Program-made: the position numbers and the translations under genes | The notes under the pieces: generated by a model | Seen by the model: the letters and a program-made list of their open reading frames with translations, nothing else | Databases searched by the model: none | What the model was told of the DNA's origin: nothing | Origin: Lytechinus variegatus | Lineage: Eukaryota | Direction of reading: 5' to 3' | Assembly: GCF_018143015.1 (NCBI RefSeq) | Contig: NC_054742.1 | Coordinates: forward strand, 15,990,441 to 16,054,440 | Length of the DNA: 64,000 bases | Part shown: positions 1-11,443 of the stretch, piece after piece | Layout: each line of letters begins with the position of its first letter | Numbering within the stretch: the first letter of the stretch is position 1

Positions 1-551
1 CATGATGATTTTAAAAATACCTAAAACCTATGATATATCAAAGTTTAGACTAATAAACCATACTTGTCAAAATGTATAATCACCTCTTACCAAGTGAATG
101 ATTATTGTTTCCTGGGAATGATCCAGAGTTTCCTCCACTTATTCCATCCCTATTCATCTCGCTATCCGTTAAGGCATGGTTATAATGCGCACTAATTTGA
201 CCTGGACAATGTGTAGACTAGACGACGTGCAGATTAAAAATATTTAAGTCCACATACCTTTGACAATTGTAACATCTACATTTATTCACTGGAATGTCCT
301 TTGTTAATATTCAATCACTCATCAATTTCTTTATGGTGAAAACTTGGCATAAAAAGGAAATTCAATATAGTACCGTGTTCCTTTTTTAAAAAGTATTTCC
401 ATATGAGTGTTCTATTATAGATATTTATATGAATAAATAATGTCAAAGAATTTAGCCATCGTTTTTCACAACTCGTTAATATTTAAAATAATGGATTGGT
501 AAACTAAATTGTAATATGTAACAGTTCCTAAACAAATGTTATTTCCACCAT

Positions 552-809
552 CAGCCAAACCACCTGAGCCAGTTGAGGAGCTCCCTGGTTACTGTCAAAG
601 TGATCAAACATCATTTGGTGGAAATTGTTATTATGTTCCTAATGAGTTCGTATTCGTTGAGTGGCAAACAGCTCGTTACCAATGTCAACAGATGGGTGGT
701 GATCTAGCCAGTATCCACAGCAAAGAAGAAAATGAATTCATTCGAAAACTCGTACAAACCCGTATCGGCAAGAGAAACGTCTGGATTGGACTGGAACGTG
801 GAAGTTCGG
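552..809 (+). CDS. C-type lectin domain protein, CTLD exon A (internal exon; 5' boundary uncertain, candidate acceptors at 529 and 551). Donor GTATGA at 810.
   Basis: Frame translation reads ...PGYCQSDQTSFGGNCYYVPNEFVFVEWQTARYQCQQMGGDLASIHSKEENEFIRKLVQTRIGKRNVWIGLERGSSG. This is the canonical CTLD N-half (C..C, W..A...C...G..LASIHS.EE..F). The exon ends at a G|GTATG donor in phase 1. There is no signal peptide, so upstream exons lie outside the window. Confidence 0.75.
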
Positions 810-1527
810 GTATGATTATTCTAAAATATCTTTGTAAGAGTTCAGTGAAATTATGTTTTAATTTTACATTACCTTCGGGCTGCAACTTGTGCCTGTCTTT
901 TAATTAGAATTTGTTTTGTACATATCTTATTTCCCTCTTTCTTTCTTTCTGTCTCTCGAAAACAAATTTAATTATTTTTTTAGCCAAATTCAAGTTTATT
1001 TTGTTTGTACATAAAAGTGTCCCTCTTCGCCAACTTGAATTTGCCATTATCTTTAAAATATTTGCATTATCATAAACCTACGAAAAATATGAGGTTTCAG
1101 TTCTGGACATTTCAATTTCTAACACTTTATATAAAGTCCCCAAAATTTGATTTTTTTTTCGTAAGGAAAATTAAAACTTATAATATCAAATTTTAGATAT
1201 TTTCCTAACACTGTGCTTTCTCTTCCCAGTAAAGATACCTGATTCACACGTAGTACATTTAAAGAAAGATGATTTATGTATAATGATAGCCAGTTATTTC
1301 AATACATATCCCCTAAAACTTGTTAAACCTGATCATACAAATTTTCACAAACTCTACACTAATTGTGTACCATAGCATTCATTAAAAAAAAACATACTAG
1401 ACCAACATTGGGTTATCGGATTAGGTTGATTGTTTCTCTTCCCTTATGTATGAAAGCAATTGTAATGAAAAACTAATTTAATATAAAAGTAATTACGGTT
1501 GTGCTTTTATTTCTTGGTGATGCTCAG

Positions 1528-1710
1528 GTGGATTTACACAGTGGAATGACGGTAGCCCTGTTGATTATGTTCAATGGGATAACGGAGAACCTACTAATGA
1601 TTGGAGAGGAACACAGGAGAATTGTGTGGAAATTTATACCAATGACTATGGAACATGGAAGGATGAAGTCTGCAACACTGGATCATCATTCATTTGCAAA
1701 TTCCCTAAAT
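1528..1710 (+). CDS. C-type lectin domain protein, CTLD exon B (phase 1 in, phase 1 out).
   Basis: Acceptor tgctcag|GT. It translates to (G)GFTQWNDGSPVDYVQWDNGEPTNDWRGTQENCVEIYTNDYGTWKDEVCNTGSSFICKFPK. This is the CTLD C-half, with an EPT variant of the EPN triad, ENC, a WKD variant of WND, and the terminal C..FICK. Donor AAAT|GTATGT. The track ORF 1501-1746 is in the wrong frame. Confidence 0.8.
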
Positions 1711-2092
1711 GTATGTTTTCTTATAAAGGGTTTTAAAAAGCAATAAAAATTTATAATTAGCATTCGAAAAATTTTCACATCATTCATTCGTTTTTCTCCC
1801 TTAGCGTATGGAAAACTGATGCAAAGTTGATAAGATTCATTTATGTCAAAATTATTAGGTATTATCATGGTAAGTGGTTATTTGCGTACCTATGTCATTC
1901 ATGCATACACTGATATTGGTATATGCATATTGAAAATCACTGAATATATTGGAAATACCTTACAATTAGTAAATAACAATTGTGTGTGCACTTGTTTGTG
2001 GTCTAAATTATTTTTATAATAAATTATACTGAATATTAATTCTTTTTGTGCAATATTTACATTTTCCTCATTTTATGAATTATCTTTTACAG

Positions 2093-2128
2093 ATGACAAC
2101 AGCACAAGTCAAGAGCCTGTGGGCCAAG
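2093..2128 (+). CDS. C-type lectin protein, short stalk exon (YDNSTSQEPVGQ).
   Basis: Acceptor ttttacag|AT and donor CAAG|GTAATT. It is 36 nt, phase-compatible (1 in, 1 out) with the flanking exons, and contains an N-glycosylation sequon NST. Confidence 0.6.
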
Positions 2129-2585
2129 GTAATTATTCCCACATTTTCATTTAGTTTTATAAAGTAAATACTGTGAATCCATGCAATTATAGGGATATTA
2201 CATTCATTGCCACCTCCTAAATTGGAAAGGTAAACAAAAATAATTTGAAAATAAAAAATCAAAGTAAATAAAATGTTGTGGTCAAATTATGGACAATAGT
2301 CCTCCACAAAAGTTGTTTTTATTATCCCATTACTCAGGTCAATTAATCTCACATGACAAAGGTGTCATCCTCTCCAGTCAAAAACAAGTTTCCTAATGAT
2401 GGACAGCAGCATGAATAAGGTTCCGGTTACGCTTTCATGACTAAAGATACCTAAATGATAATAGCTGGTGTAATAATAGCAGGGTGTTTGACATCTAATT
2501 TTTAACTTGATATTCTGAAATTCATGAATAAGTCTTACAGACTGTGATGATTAAATACACTTATCGATTGGTATATGTCTCCAAG

Positions 2586-2836
2586 GTCTTTCTGGTGGAG
2601 CGATAGCTGGTATCGTCATCTCTTGTGTGCTAGTTGTCACTGTCATCCTTCTCGTTATCGGCTACATGATGGGCATGCGCAGTGTCCCAAAACTTGGGAC
2701 CTCATCAACATCGGCAACGTCGTCAGGGAAAAAAGACACGATCCCGACACCAGCGTCTGGTTTTGATAATGTAGTGTATTCTCCTGATTCGAATCAGAAG
2801 ACAATCCAATTGGATTCACACGGAAGTGTCGCCTAA
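2586..2836 (+). CDS. C-type lectin protein, terminal exon: transmembrane helix plus cytoplasmic tail; stop TAA at 2834-2836.
   Basis: Acceptor tctccaag|GT. It translates to GLSGGAIAGIVISCVLVVTVILLVIGYMMGMRSVPKLGTSSTSATSSGKKDTIPTPASGFDNVVYSPDSNQKTIQLDSHGSVA*. That is a ~23-residue hydrophobic span followed by a basic/Ser-Thr-rich tail. With the CTLD N-terminal to it, this predicts a type I membrane lectin. Confidence 0.7.
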
Positions 2837-2941
2837 TCACTTTTGTATTCACGTAGTTAACATAATATCCTTTTGGAAATGCTGATGATTGTAATTTTTG
2901 TATTTTGTGTAATGTGCTGCCTAGTGGTGTGCACTGTTAAA

Positions 2942-2947
2942 AATAAA
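2942..2947 (+). promoter_or_regulatory. AATAAA polyadenylation signal, ~105 nt downstream of the lectin stop codon.
   Basis: Canonical hexamer in the 3' UTR position. Confidence 0.45.
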
Positions 2948-5414
2948 ATTACAGAAAAAAATACCGTATCATCCTGTAAATTATTATCACAGGAAAGTTT
3001 CCCAATTTAACAAAACAAGTCTATTTAAAAATAAAGTTCTATTACATGAAATTTGTAAGGTTTCATATTCCATTTACTAATTTTCCGTATTTGTTTTTAA
3101 ACGATGTATGATTACAGGTGTTCTTGAGAATCTGCTGGAGTACCTTTTCTATTTTTAAGGGGAAATTGTCGGACAGAGGTAGTCTTGAAATGACTCCTAC
3201 TTAATTGAGGGATGGGGGATAATAGAATAATGGAACTTCCTTACTCATAGCATCTATTTTACATGAAATATTCTTTTTCATTGTCAATACCGTTATTCTT
3301 GCATTTACCATTTTCCTCCACCTACATGCAAGCAGTTTCCGTACATGTTTGTAACAAGAAATGGTTGCGTTATTCACTTGTAATTGTGGCTGTTTCCAAT
3401 TGCACAATTCATCATGTTTAATTATCAAAACTAATTGATGACTCATTAATTGAAACATAATAAAATCCATCAGAGACTGATTCTTTTGGGATCTGAATTA
3501 CCTTTTAATTGCATTTACTAAATACCTACAGAATTAAGATGTATATAGAGAGAGATTTAAATGAAATCATGACAGAACATCCTTAACTGAAATATCATTA
3601 ACCACTTTTTATTTGGTAAATAATGTGCTTATAACGGATTGTACTATTTTTAAGAAAAGGTCATTATACCATTAATACATGCTTATGTTGCGTAGTAGTA
3701 GCGATCAAGCTATATGTAGGCATCTGTATCATCAATCTGTTTGGATATTTCGTTTGTAAATGTAAATCAGAAACATTCTTGAACCATACATGCAAAAATT
3801 ACGTGCACATGTAATTTTACATTGTATATTATCATCAAAATGACGTCAGCCGTAAACGCGTTGAATTGCGGATTCTTATCTCAAGTTATCCATCATGCTT
3901 ACATTTTATTTTTGTCAAATATATTAACTAGCAAAACAAAATTTTAAATACGATATGTGAATAAAGAATCACATATATCTGACTGGCCTTAATTCTGTTT
4001 TCTATGTGTTGTTCATCATTGATTGATATACTAACTATAAAGGTCACAATACGATATATGAAATATAGAGAATAATCAATTACTTATAACACTGGTAATA
4101 TTAAAATACGAGGTGAAAAAAATACAATATTAAGGTATAGCTTGAAAGCAGTTACATGCACGGCATGGGGTGACGATAGACTAAATGATGTCATGAGAAA
4201 GCCTGGTGTATCCTCCTGTTTTGATGTTTACCATTTACATTTTTGTCTAGAAATGAATAAATTCAGGATTAATCAACGTCTGAAGTAATTATGTTTTTAT
4301 TACATGTTCTATACGTTTCTTAGAGACGAAATATAATCTACATTTAGACACTAAAATTTCGGCTAAAGAACAACCTCCTTTAATTGAATATTGATCTACA
4401 CACAATTCCTAAATTCACACTTCAAACATTATTAAATTAAATTCAAATCTTTACAGCTTCCTCGTACATGTACAGCATGAGTAGGGTGTAAGACAAATGA
4501 TTACTAAGTAAAAACTTTATGAATTACTGTTATATTGGAGGGGAAAATTTATTTTTTTACACTTAATTTCATTATTGGTTACAATGAAGATTCAATGAAG
4601 AACTCATAAGTTCTCGATAGATACAATTATCAAAGTGTCAATTACATTTTCATTTACTAACTGTCGTGTTTTAGGGACATCTCATCTAAAGCAATGAAAT
4701 ATTATCTATACAAGCTCAATGCGATTTTCAGGTTATACTATTTCTTGATAATGACAAGATGTCAATTGTATTTTTTTATTCGACAAACTTTGTTGGAATA
4801 CAGACGCGAATAACTTTATTTTATTAACGAAGAGGTTCATTGGTTTATAGAAGGAAGAGTGTTGTCCGTTTATCCTAAATAAAAATTCCCATTTTCATGA
4901 CTAATACCAATGTGGGATAACGTTGTACTTGATTACAATGGTGTCGTTCCTTTTATTTTTTTTTGTAATAAGTGACGAAATAATACAAACATTTTATCAT
5001 TGCTGTATATACACCATAGGACCTATGTCATGATCCAATTATAGAGCATACTACAGGGACGAAACACATCCAAATTACTTACAGAAAAGTATTCGCTATG
5101 ATAAAGGACTTCTGGAAAGCCTACAATGACATGAATCATAAATATGTTTCTAAAAGACGGTTTCCTATTTGGTTCAAAAATTGATTTCATAATCTGGAAG
5201 TGTGAATGATCTTGATGGGCACAGAGGAAATAAAAATAAATGCCCTCTTAGTAACGATCACTTGCATTTACAATCAGAACGTATACATTTATTCATTGAT
5301 ATAGACAGAAAAGTTAAAATACATTTTAATTTCTTGTTCAAACAGTAATTACGATAGTTATTGAACACACATGACACTCGATTCTAGTACTAATGAATTT
5401 ATATCGGCAAGGAA

Positions 5415-6055
5415 TTATTCTTGGTCGCACAATTCAGTATTCTGCTCCTCCTCGTTTCTTTCAGTGGAGCCGTTTGAGGAGCCTTTGGTAGAGCGATAGT
5501 GGCAAATATTCACCACTCCATTGTAGGTACTTTCTTTAGTCTGGCTAAGAGCACCAAACCTACCCTTGCTGGCGACCCCAACATCAGCAGGTTTCTCTGT
5601 GCCCATGATGATTGGCTGTGCTTGCCCATTGGCCGTGAAATCCAGTTTGGTGATGTTGGTACTTGGTGTGGTATTGAGTTGAGTAATGCCATCATCAGAT
5701 GCGACCTCGTGCTTCGGTGTTGGCGGGAAGCTCGCGTTATCATCGTCTGCCTTGGGACTGTCCATAGGTGTGGCTGTTTCGTTGTCATCGTCATCGCCAA
5801 CTAGCTGCTCAAGCACGTCATCGTTGGAGTACCCATTCTCGATATGACCATTGCTCCCAAACACTTCATCCTCTCCAACAAACTCTTGGTCATCAAGGTC
5901 TTCGCATGGTGAGGGTAGACCGCTGGAAGTATCCTCGAAGCTATAGAATGCATTGAAAGGATAGCCGTAGCCCTCAGCTTCTTCTGACATCGCACGACGA
6001 CCCATCTTTTTACGGTAGTTCATCAGCTTTTTTAGACATGTCTTTCTTTCTCGTC
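5415..6055 (-). CDS. Terminal coding exon of an unidentified gene: basic juxtamembrane-like start, then a long acidic Ser/Asp/Glu-rich tail; stop at 5415.
   Basis: Acceptor ttaacag|GA at 6056-6058 (rc). Only one frame is open: (x)RERKTCLKKLMNYRKKMGRRAMSEEAEGYGYPFNAFYSFEDTSSGLPSPCEDLDDQEFVGEDEVFGSNGHIENGYSNDDVLEQLVGDDDDNETATPMDSP...ERNEEEQNTELCDQE*. The ~640-nt stop-free frame is in A/T-rich DNA. I recognise no family match. Upstream exons are not found between 6056 and 6907. Confidence 0.4.
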
Positions 6056-6907
6056 CTGTTAACGATGATTAAAAAGAATCAACAAAATAATGAATTACCT
6101 ATTATGATAACTTAAAAAAATGCTTTCCACGATATCTATTTCGCCAGTGCATACTTATTTAAGCATTGTTGATGTAATTATGATTTAGGAGTGATTGAAT
6201 GGTGGAGGATTAAATCAACTTTATACGGTGTCTTTAAACGATGTTGAAAGTCAATTATATTTCGAAGGACGTTTAGGGTGGAATATGGTAGATGAGGGCT
6301 CTTAAAGACAAAGAGACTCTGAATTAGAAAGGAACATTTGGATTACTAGTATATGTAATGTACCTTGGTGCTGTAAGTATTAAAAAAGAAAGGTGTCATA
6401 ATCATAAACAAAACAGTATCAACGTAAACGCAATTTAATTAAGAAGTAATTGTGAGCATAAAAGCTATACTCCCTTAAATATCCAATATTTGTTTTATGT
6501 ATAAATCATAAGTGAAATCTACAAGTGAAATTTATACAATACTTTAAACAAAAAAAAAATCATAATAACAACCAATGTCCAAGTTGATAAGTCATATGGA
6601 AGCAAAGGCGATTTGGGAGAGGAATACATTCATGATTAGGATATTTCGTTCATTATTACTATAGGCTAATACAGCACGCTAAAGGATAACTACATGTATA
6701 ATCAGATGGAAATAAGCAGAGATAAAGCGAGGGGAAACTAAAGGGTAGAAAGTAAGAGTATTAGCTATTTTTTACCACGAAACATTTGAGATGGTAAAAC
6801 TTGACTGAACATAAATTATAAGCTAGAATATAAAAAAACGAATGGTTCTACGGCAAACTAAATAAGGAAAATGCCATGCGGGCGGGATCTCACGTGTACA
6901 GCAACTA

Positions 6908-7345
6908 TCATGCAAGCACAGCTCCCAGCTTGCCTGGTTTGTAGATGAGTGGCACATTCTCCCTTTCTTCCCCATTCATTTCTTCTATTTTCTTTGCAAG
7001 GCTTTCATTCTCATCTTCTCTCTTATCTTCGTTGTTGTTTTCAACATAGTTTTCTTTCCGGTTCTTAAGGACGTGGATGGCACTTGGTGCACCGGTAAGA
7101 TTGAGGGCACCAGGCCATGATGCCATCCTTGTGGGGACATTGGCCACGATGTCTGTCGAGACGAAAATTTCACGTGCAAGTGACTGGATGAGACGCCAAT
7201 CCTCCAAAATGTCATCTTCAGTGGTCTCTGTTGACGTCACAGTGAATCGGATGACGTAAAGACCTTTAATGGAGGCAGGTACAACATAGATCTTGCCGGA
7301 GTAATTGAGGCGTCTCAAAAGCTCTTGAGTGAGTTCATTTGGTCC
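6908..7345 (-). CDS. HDC: Histidine decarboxylase, exon 12 (last exon; stop at 6908-6910).
   Basis: Acceptor ttaaacag|GGACC (rc). It translates to GPNELTQELLRRLNYSGKIYVVPASIKGLYVIRFTVTSTETTEDDILEDWRLIQSLAREIFVS...KPGKLGAVLA*. This matches the vertebrate HDC C-terminus [50 protein letters not shown]. Confidence 0.85.
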   Translation of the reverse strand, partial: GPNELTQELLRRLNYSGKIYVVPASIKGLYVIRFTVTSTETTEDDILEDWRLIQSLAREIFVSTDIVANVPTRMASWPGALNLTGAPSAIHVLKNRKENYVENNNEDKREDENESLAKKIEEMNGEERENVPLIYKPGKLGAVLA

Positions 7346-7862
7346 CTGTTTAAGAGTTATAAGGATCAAATAATTTTTATGAACACTTATTATTTTTTTC
7401 ACTAGCAGGTTTGTATTGTTGTCCAGGTATGAAAGAAGAATTCATTCTTGGGATAAGGAATTATTCAATTTGAACTAAACGCTGGGTGTATATTATTATG
7501 CATATTACATTAACTTCCATGCAGTCCTTTAAACTTGTATAGTTCTGGACACATGTTGTAGTAATATTATTTCGTGCCAGTTTAGTACTGGCCTGTATTT
7601 TTTTCTTATTATTACATTGGCACTGGAAGTGGGGTGCTAAAGAGTCCCAAATATTTACCCTGGTGGTGTTGTCTGTGTTTGTTTTCCATGGGCAGCATTT
7701 CCCCGAAATCTGGCTGGTATGATATATATAGCCAAAATGTAAAAACAAAATTTTATTTTTATATCTTAATTTTATTTGTTTGCTTGTCAAATTTAAACAA
7801 CCCCCATTAACAAAATCGTTCCCAGGGCCCTGTATTAGCATATATAAATATATATAACCTAC

Positions 7863-7964
7863 CTTCAGTCTAAAGACAATCAAACCAAGTATTCTCTCGG
7901 CTGGAATTTCGAATGCAGCATCGTTTGAAACTAGTTCCTCAAAATAGCGACCAAGTCGAACACC
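7863..7964 (-). CDS. HDC: Histidine decarboxylase, exon 11.
   Basis: Acceptor ttatacag|GGTGTT and donor CTGAAG|GTAGGT (rc). It translates to [34 protein letters not shown], compared with HDC [34 protein letters not shown]. Track ORF 7461-8072 is intron read-through around this exon. Confidence 0.85.
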
Positions 7965-8169
7965 CTGTATAATTTGACAAAATATAGTCGGAGAAATATC
8001 AACACTATAGGCATGGATTCCTTCCAAACATGAGTATTCCCATGATCTTTTCTTTACGAATTGAATGTTCATTAAAGATAATTATATGCATTTTTTACGA
8101 ATGGTGATGGTAATGTAATTTTTATGTAGTTACCTTCTTGATTAAAACCAATCGGGCTCACACCAATTA

Positions 8170-8940
8170 ATGTTTGATAACGTAATCATTGTGTTCATGG
8201 TTACAAAAATGGTTGGAATGTCCAGTTTTCAGGTTGGAGTATCACATTTTTTTTGCTCGCGTTTTGCGCTCGCATCTGTTATTCTTTAGTTAAGTACTTA
8301 TTCTGTTCTTGGCTACAAAAAAAAAGGCTTAGGATGTCCAGTTTTCAGGTTGGAATATCAAAATGTTTGACTCGCGCTCGCATCAATTATTGTTTAATAG
8401 GATCACCATTGTGTTCATGATGACAAAAATGTTCTAAATGTCCAGTTTTCAGGCTGGAATATCACAAATTTTTGGCTCGCGTTTGACGCTCGCATCAATT
8501 ATTGTTTAGTAAAGTACTCATTCTGTTCTTGGTTACGAAAATACTTAGGATGTCCAGTTTTCACGTTGGAATATTACAAAGTTTTGGCTCTCGTTTTGCG
8601 CTCGTATCAATTATTGTTCAGTAAGGTATTTTGTTGTTGGTTACAAAAAATACATAGAATATTAAGTTTTCAGGTTGGAATATCAAAAACTTTCATCTCG
8701 CGCTTCGCGCTCGCATTAAGCGATTAGTGCGTTATGTATCCTATTCATGAGCCACTATGTCATTAACAGATTCCTTTTCTGGTCAGTTTATTAAAATTTT
8801 CAGTTCGCACTTCGCGCTCCCATTAATGTTAGATACACATCTCCTTCATGATAACAAAAACTGCTCGGAAAGTTTAATTTTCATGTCGTATTGCATGAAA
8901 TGTCAAAAGTATGAGATCACGATTTGCACCCACAACATCT
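8170..8940. repeat. Tandem array (~7 units of ~110-120 bp) of a repeat that also occurs dispersed through the window (the 'GCGAGCG...GATATTCC' family).
   Basis: Unit: 'ggttacaaaaa....(t)gaatgtccagttttcaggttggaatatcaca..ttttggctcgcg.tttgcgctcgcatcaattattgtttagtaa.gtact.attctgttctt'. Related copies occur in either orientation at 7770-7830, 16850-16920, 17050-17130, 22355-22470 (and its duplicate 32095-32210), 26400-26780, 27440-27640 and 27850-28060. Confidence 0.7.
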
Positions 8941-9774
8941 CCCAAGAATATTTTTAACAGTAATCAGCGCGATAATTGACCAAAATCGAGTTTAACAACT
9001 TCAGATTTGCAATAAAGCCTGAATATTAATCTTACAATCAGAAATTACTTTAAAAAGGCCTCGCTCAACTTAATCACTAAAAAACAAACAACTACTTTTG
9101 ATGATAATCTCGTGGTGAAAATATCAATCAGTTTGCATCAGAATGCTCATTTTGACATAAATGTTCCCTTTTTGGCTTTGCTCCCCCAACGAAAATACGT
9201 TCTGCCGCCTCTAATTGGGGGTAAACATTATCTGAGTAGCTTACAGGTCTTACGGGTATTACGGTCGAAGGTCATATATGACCACATGGGTCATTTTTAT
9301 AAAATATTGGAAGAGTTACTTTCGCGGTATTACACCGTTTGAGGAAACGACTTTAAAACTAGTTTTGTCCTTGGAAGTATTTGCCTATTGATGGAAAGAC
9401 AGTGATAGAAGAGATTTTGAGATCACAAGGTCATAAGCCATCACATACCTGTACATATCTCATTCTAAACAACTGTTTAAAGACCCGAATTGAAACTTCG
9501 TTCATGTATACATACGGGAATGTCAATGATCTGATTATAGGGGACATGAAGTCGAGGCTTAAAGGTGACACGGGGAATCATTTGAAAATTTTAAAGTAGG
9601 CTGTATACGCTGGTATATTTCTGATATGTCAATGGCAGAGGCATACATTTCGAATACAAGCAGTCGAGAATCCATTTAGTTTGATCTGATCAAACTGTCA
9701 TTACCTTACTCAATAACCTTACTTATATTTTTAATGAATTTATAGGAAAAAGTCGATGTATATGGTTTACTTAC

Positions 9775-9873
9775 CCTACGGACATGCTCCTGAAGTTTCT
9801 TTACACCAAAAGAGCGTAGAACAAACCAGAGCTTTAGGGAGCGGAAGCGTCGACTCAGTGGGATTTGCCAATG
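9775..9873 (-). CDS. HDC: Histidine decarboxylase, exon 10.
   Basis: Acceptor aatgtgcag|CATTGG and donor CGTAGG|GTAAGT (rc). It translates to [33 protein letters not shown], compared with [36 protein letters not shown]. Confidence 0.9.
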
Positions 9874-10244
9874 CTGCACATTGCGAATATGGACAAAGAT
9901 AGAGTTATCTAAAATAAAAGTTTATTTTCTACCTACAAATCGATAACGTTTTATTTCATATTAAAAAAGTCATGACGCGTTATTTTTTTCGGATATATTT
10001 CCTCAAAAGGCAAATAATAGAATGCAAAGATTAAAAGACAGCACTCTCGTTGCTAAAACTGATATGTAAGTTAAGAATATGAACAATTGAAAGAATGCTT
10101 ATAATCGTCCATGTGGAAATAAAGAGTATTTTGTATTAAGCTAATTACATAACTACTCTATCACTTTATAAACATTGTACCATAATAGTGAAAATTTATA
10201 ATTTTAGAACGTCAAACTACAAGCCTACACTACACATTAATTAC

Positions 10245-10335
10245 CATAAAATCGACGGCCGATCCCTGCTTATCATGGCGGAGGTATAGTGGCTTTACGC
10301 AGAATGCCTTCTCCAGTGTTTTACTGTCACGTATC
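10245..10335 (-). CDS. HDC: Histidine decarboxylase, exon 9.
   Basis: Acceptor ctgcag|G and donor TTTATG|GTAATT (rc). It translates to (W)IRDSKTLEKAFCVKPLYLRHDKQGSAVDFM, compared with HDC (W)[30 protein letters not shown]. Confidence 0.9.
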
Positions 10336-10485
10336 CTGCAGTAAAAAGAAAAAATACACATTACGATACGCTTGCAACTTGTGGAAAGAGCGAATGCCAA
10401 TCATGGTACATGACAATTATGCAGGAATGCGTGCATGAACAATGAAGATTTAGAATGAAAGGGAGACATGGTGTCAGAAACTCAC

Positions 10486-10648
10486 CACATAGCAGTGCAG
10501 TCAAAATGAACCATCAGCCATTTACTCGGGTTGAAAGCAAATGACTGAACCTTTTCTACCCCGTGGAGATGGCCCCGGAATTCCGGACACAAGAATGCTG
10601 TACCGGCGTAGGCCGCGTCTACATGCAACCATAAGTTGTCCCTTTCAC
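10486..10648 (-). CDS. HDC: Histidine decarboxylase, exon 8; contains the PLP-binding lysine motif.
   Basis: Acceptor ttgccag|GT and donor ATGTG|GTGAGT (rc). It translates to (C)[53 protein letters not shown](W). This is near-identical to [56 protein letters not shown]. The NPSKW lysine is the PLP Schiff-base residue of group II decarboxylases. Confidence 0.92.
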
Positions 10649-10851
10649 CTGGCAAGGTTTCATGTGGGGGAAAGGGAGATGGTGATGTGAGAAAGTGAAA
10701 TTTTATATAGTATGCGAATTTTCATATGTATGGTTTACATTTATGAACATAAATTATATTGGTATTGTATATCTATATTTCAATTTTTATGCTATAAATG
10801 TTTGAAAAAAATAGAAACAGAAGTATCTTATAATAATAATCTTATACTCAC

Positions 10852-10918
10852 ATATTTCACCCAATTCAGCAAGATTGTCGAATGCACAAGCCCCAGTAGT
10901 TCCTAAGGTGGCACATAC
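10852..10918 (-). CDS. HDC: Histidine decarboxylase, exon 7.
   Basis: Acceptor tttcatag|GTATGT and donor ATAT|GTGAGT (rc). It translates to [22 protein letters not shown](C), compared with [26 protein letters not shown]. Confidence 0.88.
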
Positions 10919-11150
10919 CTATGAAAGAAACAATTCATTTACAGTTAAATGGAAACATGTGAATTCTTTTTCCCCTCTTTTCTTAATAAAATTTCCTTTT
11001 TCTTCGTCTTCTTCCTTTTCTCCTCCTTTTTCTTCTTCTACTACTTATTCTTCTTCCTTTCTTCTCTTTCTATTATCTTTCTTCTGCTTCCCAAATCTGC
11101 CCCTTTCAATCCTTAAATATTCTTACAGGTGAAAGAGGGGTGCCAGAAAG

Positions 11151-11443
11151 GGTTACACTTCGTCATTCCGAAACACGTAAATTGCCTATATATCGATGTT
11201 CGTTAATCCGAAAACGTAAAAGGGTTCGTTAATCCGAACATTTGTGGCGTTATTCCGAAGGTTCGATAATCCGAAAACGAAATAAGGTTCGTTGTTCCGA
11301 AGGTTCTTTAGTCCGAAAACGAAATTAGGTTCGTTAATCATTTCGTTTTCGGACTAACGAAACTTCGGAATTGCGAACCTCATTTCGTTTTCGGACTAAT
11401 GAACCTTCGGAATAACGAAGCTTTGAAATTACGAATGTATGCG
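11151..11443. mobile_element. Internally deleted mini-copy of the same foldback family (two short inverted arms meeting at a palindromic centre ~11340), flanked by a perfect 9-bp TSD GCCAGAAAG (11142-11150 and 11444-11452).
   Basis: It starts GGTTACACTTCG and ends CGAATGTATGCG, exactly as the 3-kb copies do. Its arms share 'cacgtaaattgcctata..cgatgttcgttaatccgaaaacg' with 25700-25760. Centre: 'ggttcgttaatc|atttcgttttcggactaacgaa'. It lies in HDC intron 6. Confidence 0.8.

Noticed and set aside
1501-1746. 81-aa plus-strand ORF overlapping lectin exon B
   Set aside because: It is in the wrong reading frame; the CTLD motifs (WND.., EPT, ENC, C..FICK) appear only in the +1-shifted frame, which is bounded by splice sites at 1528 and 1710.
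5499-5995. Several 60-100-aa ORFs on both strands overlapping the 5415-6055 exon
   Set aside because: They are antisense or alternate-frame shadows of the single long open frame and are mutually exclusive with it.
7461-8072. 203-aa minus-strand ORF
   Set aside because: Only ~34 codons (HDC exon 11, 7863-7964) are coding and are delimited by AG/GT sites; the rest is intron read-through, including part of the dispersed repeat.
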